Source: Mustelus asterias
Taxonomy: Eukaryota
DNA length: 64,000 nucleotides
NCBI RefSeq assembly: GCF_964213995.1
Contig: NC_135808.1
Span: 35,030,001-35,094,000, forward strand
Direction: 5' to 3'
How positions within the stretch are numbered: position 1 is the first letter of the stretch; each line of letters starts with the position of its first letter. The notes beneath the pieces were generated by a model. It was not told the DNA's origin, ran no database searches, and saw only the letters and a program-made list of their open reading frames with translations. The position numbers were made by a program, and so were the translations under genes. This document shows, piece after piece, positions 1 through 11,179 of the stretch.

Positions 1-222
1 TGCATAGACTTTGATGTACAGGGCACAATATCAAAATCTTCACATAATAAGAATCCTGGGAGTATTACGAACTTTGAGGAGGATAGCAAAGAACTTCAAC
101 AGGCCATAGACTGGTGGTAGAATAGACGAACATAAAATGTGGGACATGAAATTGAATGTGACGAAGTGTGAAGTAATTTATTTTGGTAGGAAGAATGCAG
201 AGAGACAATATAAAGGATACAA

Positions 223-619
223 TTCCTCTGGGAGCGGACCTGCGGGGTGGAGACTGTGAGCGGTGAGAGAGAGAGCGCGGACTGTGAGTAAATTCTGGGG
301 TTTTTTTTTTGTCTAATTTTCGGGAGGTTTTTTGTAATTAACGGAAACCGGAAGGCCGCATCGCGAAGCCTGCCGGTAGCTGTAGTTTTTTTTTTTCTCT
401 CACTTACCTTATAAGTACTCGCCTCGGGGTATCGGCCTCAGTGTTCCTCTGGGAGCGGACCTGCGGGGTGGAGACTGTGAGCGGTGAGAGAGAGAGCGCG
501 GACTGTGAGTAAATTCTGGGGTTTTTTTTGTCTAATTTTCGGGAGGTTTTTTGTAATTAACGGAAACCGGAAGGCCGCATCGCGAAGCCTGCCGGTAGCT
601 GTAGTTTTTTTTTCTCTCG
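223..619 (+). repeat. Tandem ~221-bp 5' UTR monomers of the CR1 element
   Basis: TTCCTCTGGGAGCGGACC starts at 223 and again at 444. The copies are near-identical apart from poly-T lengths, are CpG-rich, and each contains an ETS-like AACCGGAAG. Confidence 0.9.
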
Positions 620-754
620 GGCCCCTAGCCCTATAAATTGGTGCAGAGGAGATACCCGATCCTCTACACTGGTAGAGGATCCCACCCTTCCATCCTCCTC
701 TAACCTAATTATAAGTGTGGGGAAGTTCTTTGTTTTCTTTTTTTCTTGCTGGTA

Positions 755-1684
755 ATGGCTTCAGGGATGGCAGTTCAGGCAGTATGCTGCATCTCCTGTG
801 GGATGTATGTGGTGAGGAAATCCAGTAGTGTTTCAGGAGATTTTAGTTGTAAGAAGTGCATTAGATTGCAGCTTCTGGAGGAGCGTGTAAAGGAGATGGA
901 GGGGGAGTTAGAGGAACTCCGCATAATTCGGGAGGCGGAGGTGGAAGTTGATAGGAGTTATAGAGAAATAGTAACTCCTAGAAATGAGGCTTGGGTCAAT
1001 GCCAGGAGGAGGGGTAAGAAGCAATCGGGAAGACAGTCCCCTGGGGCGGTTCCCCTCCATAATAGGTTTTCGGTGCTGGAGGCTACAGTTGAGGAGGAAT
1101 CAACTGAGCATAGAGAGCAGATCTCTGGGGGTGAGCCGAGTGAGAAAGCTCAGGTGGTTAGGGGCTGTAAAAGACTGGGCCTTGTGATTGGGGACTCCAC
1201 AATTAAGGGGACAGATAGGAGGGTCGGAACTAAAGGTAGGGACTCAGGGTTGGTGTGTTGCCTACCAGGGGCTGGGGTCCGGGATGTGTCTGACAGGGTA
1301 TTCAGGACTCTTAGGGGGGAGGGAGATAAACCACAAGTTATTGTACATGTGGGGACACACGACATAGGGAGGATAGGGGAAGGGGATATTAGGCAGGGAT
1401 TTATGGAGTTGGGGTGGAAACTAAAGGCCAAGACTGACAGAGTGGTTATCTCTGGACTCTTGCCTGTACCACGGGATAGTTTAGAGAGGAATAGGGAGAG
1501 GGAAGGTTTGAATTCATGGCTGAGGGGATGGTGCAGGAGGGAGGGGTTCAGGTACTTAAGCAATTGGGGCTCGTACTGGGGAAGGTGTGACCTCTATGAG
1601 AAGGATGGTCTACACCTTAATCAGAAGGGGACCAATATCCTGGGGGGTAAATTTGCTAAGGCCATGCAGGGAGGTTTAAACTGA
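755..1684 (+). CDS. CR1 ORF1: zinc finger/leucine zipper plus SGNH esterase-like domain
   Basis: CxxC...CxxC (CISC, CKKC), coiled coil LEERVKEMEGELEEL, SGNH blocks VIGDS, HVGTHD and DGLH. First ATG at 755. Confidence 0.92.
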   Translation: MASGMAVQAVCCISCGMYVVRKSSSVSGDFSCKKCIRLQLLEERVKEMEGELEELRIIREAEVEVDRSYREIVTPRNEAWVNARRRGKKQSGRQSPGAVPLHNRFSVLEATVEEESTEHREQISGGEPSEKAQVVRGCKRLGLVIGDSTIKGTDRRVGTKGRDSGLVCCLPGAGVRDVSDRVFRTLRGEGDKPQVIVHVGTHDIGRIGEGDIRQGFMELGWKLKAKTDRVVISGLLPVPRDSLERNREREGLNSWLRGWCRREGFRYLSNWGSYWGRCDLYEKDGLHLNQKGTNILGGKFAKAMQGGLN

Positions 1685-1734
1685 TTCGGGGGGGGGGAGG
1701 GATCCTGAGTAGTGGGGCTGAAAGTGAGGGATGC

Positions 1735-4554
1735 ATGGATGGGGACTGCAATGCACGGCATTGCAGAGGTGGGGTGGAGCAGGGTTTGAAATGTGTATAC
1801 TTCAATGCCAGGAGTATTCGCAATAAAGTGGGTGAACTTGCAGCGTGGATCAGTACCTGGGACTTCGATGTTGTGGCTATTTCAGAGACATGGATAGAGC
1901 AGGGGCAGGAATGGATGCTGCAGGTCCCGGGGTTCAAATGTTTTAGTCGAAGTAGGGAAGGAGGTAGAAGAGGGGGAGGGGTAGCATTATTGGTCAGAGA
2001 TTGTATCACAGTGTCAGAGAGGAGGTTTGATGAGGACTTATCTGTTGAGGTAGTATGGGCGGAGATTAGAAATAGGAGAGGAGAGGTCACCCTGTTGGGA
2101 GTCTTTTATAGACCTCCTAAAAGTTCTAGAGAGGTTGAGGAAAGGATTGCGGAGTCAATCCTGCTTAGGAGTGAAAGTAATAGGGTAATTGTTATGGGGG
2201 ATTTTAACTTGACTAATATTGACTGGAATTGTTATAGCTCTAGCTCGTTAGAGGGGTCAGTTTTTGTTCAAAGCGTGCAGGAAGGTTTTTTGACTCAGTA
2301 TGTAGACAGGCCAACTAGAGGTGAGGCTATATTGGATCTGGTGCTGGGAAATGAGCCAGACCAGGTGCTAGACTTGGAAGTTGGTGTGCATTTTGGTGAT
2401 AGTGACCACAATTCGGTTACGTTCACCTTAGTGATGGAAAGGGATAGGCATGAACCTCGGGCCAGTGGTTTTAGCTGGGGGAAGGGTAATTATGAGGCTA
2501 TTAGGAGAGAATTAGGAAACATAGGTTGGACTAGGAGATTACAGGGACTGGGAACGTCCGACATGTGGAGTTTTTTCAAGGAGCAGCTACTGCGAGTCTG
2601 TGATAGGTATGTCCCTGTCAGGCAAGGAGGAATTGGTAGGGCTAGGGAACCGTGGTGCACCAAAAAAGTTTCTTTGTTGGTTAAAAAGAAAAAGGAGGCT
2701 TATGTTCGGATGAGACGTGAGCACTCGGGTAGTGCACTAGAAAGCTTTAGATTGGCTAAGAGGGAGTTGAAGAGCGAGCTTAGAAGGGCTAAAAGGGGAC
2801 ATGAGAAGACTTTGGCGGATAGGGTTAAAGAGAATCCTAAGGCGTTCTATAGGTATGTCAAGAACAGAAGGTTGGTTAGGGCAAGTTTAGGGCCAGTTAT
2901 AGATGGCAGAGGGAAGTTATGTGTGGAACCGGAGGAGATTGGTGAAGCATTGAACCAATATTTCTCTTCGGTGTTCACGCAAGGGGACATGAATATAGCT
3001 GAGGAGGACACTGGGTTGCAGGGGAGTAGAATAGACAGTATTACAGTTGATAAGGAGGATGTGCAGGATATTCTGGAGGGTCTGAAAATAGATAAATCCC
3101 CTGGTCCGGATGGGATTTATCCAAGGATTCTCTGGGAGGCAAGAGAAGTGATTGCAGAGCCTCTGGCTCTGATCTTCAGGTCGTCGTTGGCCTCTGGTAT
3201 AGTACCAGAAGATTGGAGGTTAGCGAATGTTGTCCCATTGTTTAAGAAGGGGAACAGAGACTTCCCCGGGAATTATAGACCGGTGAGTCTCACTTCTGTT
3301 GTCGGCAAGATGTTGGAAAAAATTATAAGGGATAGGATTTATAGTTATTTGGAGAGTAATGAATTGATAGGTGATAGTCAGCATGGTTTTGTGGCAGGTA
3401 GGTCGTGCCTTACTAACCTTATTGAGTTTTTTGAGAAAGTGACCAAGGAGGTGGATGGGGGCAAGGCAGTGGACGTGGTATATATGGATTTTAGTAAGGC
3501 GTTTGATAAGGTTCACCATGGTAGGCTTCTGCAGAAAATGCAGATGTATGGGATTGGGGGTGATCTAGGAAATTGGATCAGGAATTGGCTAGCGGATAGG
3601 AAACAGAGGGTGGTGGTTGATAGTAAATATTCATCATGGAGTGCGGTTACAAGTGGTGTACCTCAGGGATCTGTTTTGGGGCCACTGCTGTTTGTAATAT
3701 TTATTAATGATCTGGATGAGGGTATAGTTGGGTGGATTAGCAAATTTGCTGATGACACCAAAGTCGGTGGTGTGGTAGACAGTGAGGAAGGGTGTCGTAG
3801 TTTGCAGGAAGACTTAGACAGGTTGCAAAGTTGGGCCGAGAGGTGGCGGATGGAGTTTAATGCGGAGAAGTGTGAGGTAATTCACTTTGGTAGGAATAAC
3901 AGATGTGTTGAGTATAGGGCTAACGGGAGGACTTTGAATAGTGTGGAGGAGCAGAGGGATCTAGGTGTATGTGTGCATAGATCCCTGAAAGTTGGGAATC
4001 AAGTAGATAAGGTTGTTAAGAAGGCATATGGTGTCTTGGCGTTTATTGGTAGGGGGATTGAATTTAGGAGTCGTAGCGTTATGTTGCAACTGTACACAAC
4101 TCTGGTGCGGCCGCACTTGGAGTACTGTGTGCAGTTCTGGTCCCCACATTACAGGAAGGATGTGGAGGCTTTGGAGAGGGTGCAGAGGAGGTTTACCAGG
4201 ATGTTGCCTGGTATGGAGGGGAGATCCTATGAGGAGAGGCTGAGGGATTTGGGATTGTTTTCGCTGGAAAGGCGGCGGCTAAGAGGGGATCTTATTGAAA
4301 CATATAAGATGATTAGAGGTTTAGATAGGGTGGATAGTGATAGCCTTTTTCCTCTGATGGAGAAATCCAGCACGAGGGGGCATGGCTTTAAATTGAGGGG
4401 GGGTAGTTATAGAACCGATGTCAGGGGTAGGTTCTTTACCCAGAGGGTGGTGAGGGATTGGAATGCCCTGCCAGCATCAGTTGTAAATGCGCCTAGTTTG
4501 GGGGCGTTTAAGAGATCCGTAGATAGGTTCATGGACGAAAAGAAATTGGTTTAG
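1735..4554 (+). CDS. CR1 ORF2: APE endonuclease plus reverse transcriptase
   Basis: Endonuclease motifs YFNARS, ISETW, GDFN, SDH; RT motifs [28 protein letters not shown]. No stops over 939 aa. The frame is open upstream to 1660, overlapping the end of ORF1. Confidence 0.97.
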   Translation: MDGDCNARHCRGGVEQGLKCVYFNARSIRNKVGELAAWISTWDFDVVAISETWIEQGQEWMLQVPGFKCFSRSREGGRRGGGVALLVRDCITVSERRFDEDLSVEVVWAEIRNRRGEVTLLGVFYRPPKSSREVEERIAESILLRSESNRVIVMGDFNLTNIDWNCYSSSSLEGSVFVQSVQEGFLTQYVDRPTRGEAILDLVLGNEPDQVLDLEVGVHFGDSDHNSVTFTLVMERDRHEPRASGFSWGKGNYEAIRRELGNIGWTRRLQGLGTSDMWSFFKEQLLRVCDRYVPVRQGGIGRAREPWCTKKVSLLVKKKKEAYVRMRREHSGSALESFRLAKRELKSELRRAKRGHEKTLADRVKENPKAFYRYVKNRRLVRASLGPVIDGRGKLCVEPEEIGEALNQYFSSVFTQGDMNIAEEDTGLQGSRIDSITVDKEDVQDILEGLKIDKSPGPDGIYPRILWEAREVIAEPLALIFRSSLASGIVPEDWRLANVVPLFKKGNRDFPGNYRPVSLTSVVGKMLEKIIRDRIYSYLESNELIGDSQHGFVAGRSCLTNLIEFFEKVTKEVDGGKAVDVVYMDFSKAFDKVHHGRLLQKMQMYGIGGDLGNWIRNWLADRKQRVVVDSKYSSWSAVTSGVPQGSVLGPLLFVIFINDLDEGIVGWISKFADDTKVGGVVDSEEGCRSLQEDLDRLQSWAERWRMEFNAEKCEVIHFGRNNRCVEYRANGRTLNSVEEQRDLGVCVHRSLKVGNQVDKVVKKAYGVLAFIGRGIEFRSRSVMLQLYTTLVRPHLEYCVQFWSPHYRKDVEALERVQRRFTRMLPGMEGRSYEERLRDLGLFSLERRRLRGDLIETYKMIRGLDRVDSDSLFPLMEKSSTRGHGFKLRGGSYRTDVRGRFFTQRVVRDWNALPASVVNAPSLGAFKRSVDRFMDEKKLV

Positions 4555-6594
4555 GTTGGAGGGTCACAGTTTTTTTTTTTTTTTTTTTAACTGGTCGGTG
4601 CAACATCGTGGGCCGAAGGGCCTGTTCTGCGCTGTAATGTTCTATGTTCTATGTTCTATGTTCTAATTCTAAAGAGGGCGCAGGGTCAGTGGGACCTGGG
4701 AGTATAAGCACATAAATCATTGAAGGTGGCAGGACAGATTAAGAGAGTGGTTAATAAAGCATACAACATCTTGGGCTTTATCAATACGGGCATAGAATAC
4801 AAAAACAAGGAAGCTTTGTTAAACCCGCACAAAACATTGTTTCAGACCCAACTGGAGTATTGTCTCCAGTTCTGGACACGGCACTTTAGGAAGGCTGTGA
4901 AGGCATTAGAGAGAGTGCAGAAAAGATTCATGAGAATGGTTCCAGGGATGAGCAACTTCAGTTTTGCAGACAGATTGGAGAAGTTGGGACTGTTCTCCTT
5001 GGAGGGGAAGGTTAAGAGGAGTTTAATAGAGGTTTTCAAATTTGTGTGGGGTCTGGTCAGGGTAGACAGGAAGAAACTGTTCCATTCGTGGAAGGACCAT
5101 GAGTCAGAGGTAGAATGTGCTAAGAGGAGAATGCTGGGAGGTGGTAATAGGTGTGAAGACTCAGCTGAAAGGTTGCTCCACTGTGTGATTCCTCTGAAAT
5201 CTCAGTGGGGTTGGAAGACACCATGAAAAATTAAATCTCACACTCAAAAGATTTATCTTCCATGTAGCTCTCCTTATGTTAAGAGAGCTTGGAACTGATG
5301 TACCTTGGGCATTAAGAGATTTTTAAAATTTCCTCCTTAAAACTCTCTGCATCTTTATCTCTCTCCCCTCCTATAAAATCCTCCTGAAATCCCACCTGTT
5401 TGACCATATTTTTAGTCATCCCCTCCTAATTTCTCCTCCTTTGTCTTGGTGTTAATTTTTCTCTGATTGCGACTCTATGAAACACTTTGGGATGTTTGAC
5501 TATATTAAAGTGCTCCATAAATACTGTTATCCTCTCACATCCCCTCCAATCCTCAAGGTACTGACCTGGAGTTCAGACTGTGGACATCAATTGGCCTCTA
5601 GCGCTCTGTTCGAGTGGCCATTCAGCATGTGTAGACCCAGACAGTGAATGTTGTGAGACAATGGAGACTGTCACAGCCGAGACACATCCTGCCCTCCCCC
5701 TGACTTCCCAGCTGGGCTCACTGATGAGAAATGGGATTCCTGGCTGATTCTCCCCCTCCATAGTCCAGAGATGCTGAGGCTAATTGAAGTCCCTCCATTA
5801 CTACCCCAGGAATGGCTCCTTTCCCAGGTGTTTATGCTGGTAGATTAGAAGCTGAAGCCTTTCTAACCACTGAGTATCTGATTGTCTTCTTGGTCAGAGT
5901 GAGAGTCAGTGACTGACTTGTACCTGATGCTGCACTGAAAGGATGCTGAGTTTATACAGCAGCTTCTATACATATTGATGTCTTCTTCTGGTGATGTTTG
6001 GAATGTGGCCTAAGGTTAAATTGACCTTTTTGAAACAATTAGACTGATGATGGGAGAGGTTGGAGACAGACACTGCTGAGACAGACAGTGCTTTGGAAGG
6101 ACAGCTTCCCTGTGTGAGCACTGGAGGGTAACAACACAGAAAACTCTCAGAGTAATGGAAACAGGTGAGCTGACTCCAAGTCAATGTGGAGATGTCGGTG
6201 TTTGGTGAGAGAGGAAGAGATGAAACAATCCTGACACACGTCACACTGGAAGGGTTTGTCTCCTGCGCGGGTTCACTGATGTTCCAGGGGGTCTTTATTA
6301 CAGAACTCACAGTGATAGGCTTTCTCGACCATGTGACTGTGTTGATGGACTAGGAGATACACTGACTGTGTGAAAGCGTTGTCACACACCTCACAGTTGA
6401 ACTGTTTCTCACCCTGTGTGAATCTGCTAGCGTTCAGGTTGTGTGAAGACTTCAGGAGAGCATCCTTGTCAATCTTAAACTTACTGCCTGATGACCCAGA
6501 ATATTGACAAGTATCAGACAGCTTTGTCACAAAACCAGCATGTGAACACTTTCTCACCTGTATGATGGTCGCAGAGGTTCAATGATCACGTGAA

Positions 6595-7383
6595 TCATTT
6601 GTCATGCATGAATGATTTCTCCTGTGTGTGAATGCGTTGGTGTGCACGGAGGTTCGATAACTGTGAGAATGATTTCTCACACACCACACACTTGAAAGGT
6701 TTCTCGCCTGTGTGAACCCGTCGGTGTGCGCGGAGTGTCGATGAGTCCGAGAATGATTTATCGCACACCTCACACACGAACGGTTTCTCCCCAGTGTGAA
6801 CGCGGCGATGTTGCACGAGTGTTGATGGATGTGTGAAGGCTCGGTCACACACCTCACACTTGAAAGGTTTCTCCCCTGTGTGAATCCTCTGGTGACACAA
6901 GAGATGACAGAATTGGGTGAAACCCATCTCACAAACCTCACATCTGAAGGGTTTCTCCTCTGCATGAATGTTCTGGTGTATCATGAGCCTGGTAGATGTT
7001 GCGAAGGCTTTACCGCAAACCTCACACTTGAAGGGTTTTTCCCCTGTGTGGACTGTCTGGTGGCGTAGGAGACTGGATGATAATGTGAAGCCTTTGTCAC
7101 ACACCTCACAAATGAACAGCTTCTCTCCTGTGTGAATGCGTTGGTGAGCGCAGAGGATCGATGACTGTGAGAATGATTTGTCACACACCTTGCACTTGAA
7201 TGGTTTCTCCCCTGTATGAGTGCGTTGGTGTGTATGGAGAATCGATGACCGTGTGAATGATTTGTTGCACACCTCGCACTTGAATGGCTTCTCCCCAGTG
7301 TGAATGCGTTGGTGTTGCAGCAATGTCGATGACCGTGTGAAGGTTTGGTCACATACCTCACACGCGAATGGTTTCTCTTCCAT
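6595..7383 (-). CDS. Tandem C2H2 zinc-finger protein A (9 fingers, no recognisable KRAB/SCAN/BTB)
   Basis: Nine CxxC-x12-HxxxH units with TGEKPF linkers. Single coding exon preceded by acceptor TTTTACAG (AG at 7848-7847). Confidence 0.9.
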   Translation of the reverse strand: MEEKPFACEVCDQTFTRSSTLLQHQRIHTGEKPFKCEVCNKSFTRSSILHTHQRTHTGEKPFKCKVCDKSFSQSSILCAHQRIHTGEKLFICEVCDKGFTLSSSLLRHQTVHTGEKPFKCEVCGKAFATSTRLMIHQNIHAEEKPFRCEVCEMGFTQFCHLLCHQRIHTGEKPFKCEVCDRAFTHPSTLVQHRRVHTGEKPFVCEVCDKSFSDSSTLRAHRRVHTGEKPFKCVVCEKSFSQLSNLRAHQRIHTQEKSFMHDK

Positions 7384-10335
7384 GTCACTGCTCAGCTCAG
7401 GTAAAAGAGAAGCACTTCATGACTTAGGAGATCTTAAGAGCCTGTGGAGCCCTCCACACACTTGAACAGTCTCTCACCTATAGGAGTAACTCAGTAGTTT
7501 ATGAGGCCCGATGAATGATTGAAGCTCTCACCACAGTTGGAGTTCACTCACACTTTTTCCCAGCCTCACCTTGACTGATCACCCACAGCAAACCTTCGGA
7601 AAGTTTGGTTCTGATGGAAGGTTCCACACCACTGACCATTTTCAGACCTGAGAAATGTCAAAGCTCCCCTGACCTAACCATTTTCCAGATGATGGTTTCA
7701 CTGTCCAAACTTCTCTGTGTTGGACAATGCTGTGAAGGGACTGGATGTCTTCCCATAGTTATGCAGTTGTTCCTTGGGTAATGGTCAGGATCTATCTGCG
7801 GTGTCTATCCTCTCTGTATTCTCTGGTGTAGTACGGTGCAATCCTTCTGTAAAACAGGAAAAGGAAACATGATTTCCTACAACTCCCTCTCCTTCTTTGC
7901 TGAAGGGGCTGACACCTCAGTTGGAGACTGTTCCACAGTGAGTGCCACTCTGCCATTCCCCTATTTGGGGATCAGATACAAGTCCTTTCTTTTTCCTCAC
8001 TTGACTGTCTCACACTCTCTGTTTCCGGCAGAGACACTGGATTGTGACTAGGAGCAGACAATGTGGCTACTTTCTTTCCTACACCCAGACCCCATATTCC
8101 CAGACACCATGAGAACAATAGAAAAGACAGTTGAGTGGAGTGTAAAGCTGGCTATGAATTCACTATGAGCTCACGTTGAGCTGGTAAAGATCAGTTTTAG
8201 CCTGAGAGTATGTGTTCAATATTTAAAACATTCAGGAGAAATGTTAATTTAGTGGAAATTTTGAAAATTGTCCCCTTATTTTCCAAAATTATTTGAAGAA
8301 AATGCACTGGGCAGGTAGTGCTCGAAGCTAAGGAAAATATTGCTTCGCTGATTGAAGGGTTCTGGTTTATCCTGGGAAATTAGATACACTGCACTCACTC
8401 AGACTGCACATCCCAAATTCAGCTATCAGACACAGCACTGGGCAAAACTATCAAATCCAAGACCAGACTTTTGGGAAAGGCCGAGGCCTTCAGGTAAAAT
8501 CTTTAAAGAAGACATTAAAAGATAAGTCTCCTCTCACCCTATCAGCATATCTGTTCCTTCATCCCTCATATTATCTAGTTTCCCCTAAAAGACAGCTATG
8601 TTATTCACCTCAACTCCGCCATGTTGTGATACTGAGTTTAATACATTTTGGAATTGAATCAAAATAAAATCATGAAAACTTTCAGGTTGTCCTAAAACTG
8701 AAATATTGTCTTTCAGGGAAGGGAATCTGCTGCAACTGCCTAGTCTGGTCTACATATGACTCCAGTCCCACACAACATGGTTGAAGCTGATCTGCCCTCT
8801 GAAGTGGCCCAGCAAACAATGAGAAACAATCACTACAAAGTCCACTAAGAGGAAAATCAGGGAGATCTGGATAATCCTGACATTGTGTCAGAATAAGATT
8901 AAGATGGTCTCAGCCCAGTGAAACCTGTAAAGTCTCTCTTCCCAAGGTCTGAGGAAAAGTTCCCAAGTGAGGAGAGCTGCTCACAGACTGGTCAAGTAGC
9001 AGTGATACTCACTGAATCGTATCAATCTGGAAACATTCCAGACTCCTCCCTCACCATCCCTGGGAATGTCCCATCTCATTCGCACGGGAAGTTCTCAATA
9101 TTGACTCAATGGAGTCTCATGCCTTCAGGTCAAATAAGTGCAAGGAAAACTACAACTCCCCTCCCAGCTGATGAGTGAGTACTTCACCCTGTTAATCATC
9201 ACTGGGAAAGTAGACCAAGGACAGATCCCAAAACTGGGTATCCATGAGGTGCAGTGAGCCATCAGCAGCAGCAGGATTGTATTCACCACAATCTCACAGC
9301 CCGGCACAGCCCTCATTCCATGATTGTCAGCAAAAGAGTAGATAGACGTGTCAGGAACATCAAGGGTTATACTTTAGAGTCCAGGTTTGAACCGAGGAAA
9401 GAGGCTAAACATCCAGAGTAACTTGTAGTAAACAGAACTAAACTAATGTCTAATGTAGGGTGTTCAGTCAGGTTGAAAGTTAAAGTGGTGTTATTTTTAC
9501 TCTAATTTATTGTATTTGTGGCTGCCTACGTACTGTTTAGTCAGTTTGTTAGATTAAAATTCTGAAAATTTCAAATTGTCCTTAAGATTCCTTTCAGTCG
9601 GTCACTGGGAATTTAAGTTTCTTTTGCACGTTATTGGTCTCCAGTGGGATTGTAACAATCACTGATTCAACACCATTAAAAAACAGATTAACTGGGCATT
9701 GTCATACTGCTGTTTGTGGGAGCTTGCTGTGCCTACGTTGGTTGCCAAATTTCCGACATTACAACAGTGACTGCATATCAAAAGTACTTCACTGGCTGTA
9801 AAGAGCTTTGGGACATCTAGTAGTCCTGAAAGGCTTGATATAAATGCGAGTCTTTTCTTCTGAGAAGGTTACTGACATAGGGAGTGAGAGGTCTTGGAGA
9901 GATTTGAAAAATATAGGAAACATCCAGATCACAACAGACATAACTGACCATTCACAGTCCACAGGATAATAACCAGCTTCCAACACACACACACACACAC
10001 AACTCAACAATAGGAAGTCAGTAAGAATCCTCAAACACTCTGACCTCCCAGATAATTACACCTCACCTTCTCATATTCAGCAATGACCCATCAACAAAAC
10101 TCAGCCTGTAAATCAGAAGGGAAATGCTTCCAATAAACACACTCAATATCCAACACACAGCTCCAATCAAACAGCTCAGCACAAAGCACCGAGTAAACAG
10201 GTCTCTCAGCTGAATCTTCTCACACAGAATAAGGGGCATTTCCACACCTGATTCCCCACAGGATAGTCAGACTGCCTGAACATTAGTGTGGATATTATGC
10301 ACTGTAATTATTATAAATTCTGCTCCTTCACTCAC

Positions 10336-10790
10336 CATCTCCTCACTTGGTTTTCAGTCCCTACAGGAAGTGAAGCAGCTGTGAAAGAGGAAGAGGAGAG
10401 AATGGGCAGAGTGGGTGGGCTCTCTGATTGACGTCTCTCACAGCCAATCCTAATATTTCTGGAGTAACAGGAGCTTCCTGAAGCTTGGGAAACTGACCGG
10501 TGAAACGGAGGCAACTTTGAGCAGCAGATCAGGTGGGGATTTAAACTTGTAATTGTCCCATCTGAATAAAACCTCACTTATTGCAGCTGCTGTCTCAGTT
10601 CCCCTGGTAAATGTTGGACAGAGATTTCTAGTGCGGGAATAGCATTCTTCATCTTCGGAGGCTTTCAAACTGACAACATCAGTGTGGGATCTGTAACCTC
10701 GGATGTGTTTGACAGCAGATCAGAAGAGGAAGGCCGACAGCATCCAAGGCAGTGATGATGTGCAGTGGTGGGATCAGCACATGGACAGGA
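10336..10790 (-). promoter_or_regulatory. Putative promoter and short first exon of ZNF A
   Basis: Module highly similar to 18465-18910 and 63551-64000. Ends in GAGATG|GTGAGT donor (exon end 10336). Contains CCAAT, CRE-like TGACGTC and ETS-like AGGAAGTG motifs. Confidence 0.6.
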
Positions 10791-10893
10791 GAGTGGGACA
10801 CAGGATGGTCACAGGAAGGAGGGTGTAATTTACTCTCCTCTTCCATTCCTCCACCTTTAAACTCTCCTTCCTCTCCAATATGGTTGACTCACT

Positions 10894-11170
10894 GAAGCCT
10901 CACAGCACCAGGGACCCGGGTTCAATTCCCGGCTTAGGTCACTGTCTGTGCAGAATCTGCATGTACTCCCCGTGTCTGCGTGGGTTTCCTCCGGGTGCTC
11001 CGGCTTCCTCCCAGTCTGAAAGACGTGCTGGTTAGTTGCATTGGCCATGCTAAATTCGCCCTCAGTGCACCCAAACAGGCGCCGGAGTGTGGCGACGCGA
11101 GGATTTTCACAGTAACTTCATTGCAATGTTACTGTATGCCTACTTGTGACACTAATAAACTTTTTAAACT
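10894..11170 (+). mobile_element. tRNA-derived HE1/V-SINE-like element (alternative 3' tail type)
   Basis: B-box GGTTCAATTCC, V-SINE core (GTGGGTTTCCTCCGGGTGCTCCGG), tail GGATTTTCACAGTAACTTCATT...CTAATAAA. Confidence 0.8.
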
Positions 11171-11179
11171 CTTTCATAT

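Larger units (their letters stand above)
223..4664 (+). mobile_element. Full-length intact CR1-clade LINE (HER1-like) inserted into an older LINE RT fragment
   Basis: 5' UTR with tandem monomers, intact ORF1 and ORF2, 3' UTR with GGCCGAAGGGCC stem-loop and (ATGTTCT)n tail. 5-bp TSD AATTC at 221-225 and 4665-4669. The host LINE reading frame (KDTI/LKRAQGQWDLG) rejoins across the insertion. Confidence 0.95.
1..5110 (+). mobile_element. Old degenerate CR1 RT fragment hosting the full-length element (1-225 and 4665-~5110)
   Basis: RT C-terminal motifs on both sides of the insertion (KCEVIYFGRKN; LEYCLQFW, LERVQKRF, LGLFSLE). Confidence 0.85.

Noticed and set aside
6579-7388. Alternate-frame and antisense ORFs over ZNF and CR1 coding regions throughout the window
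   Set aside because: Shadow ORFs caused by codon periodicity of finger arrays and RT sequences.
10450-10668. Recurrent ORF MKASEDEEC... (also 18593-18796 and 63576-63881) as an N-terminal effector domain
   Set aside because: TTG start, and the frames diverge through indels between paralogues. Better explained as duplicated promoter DNA.
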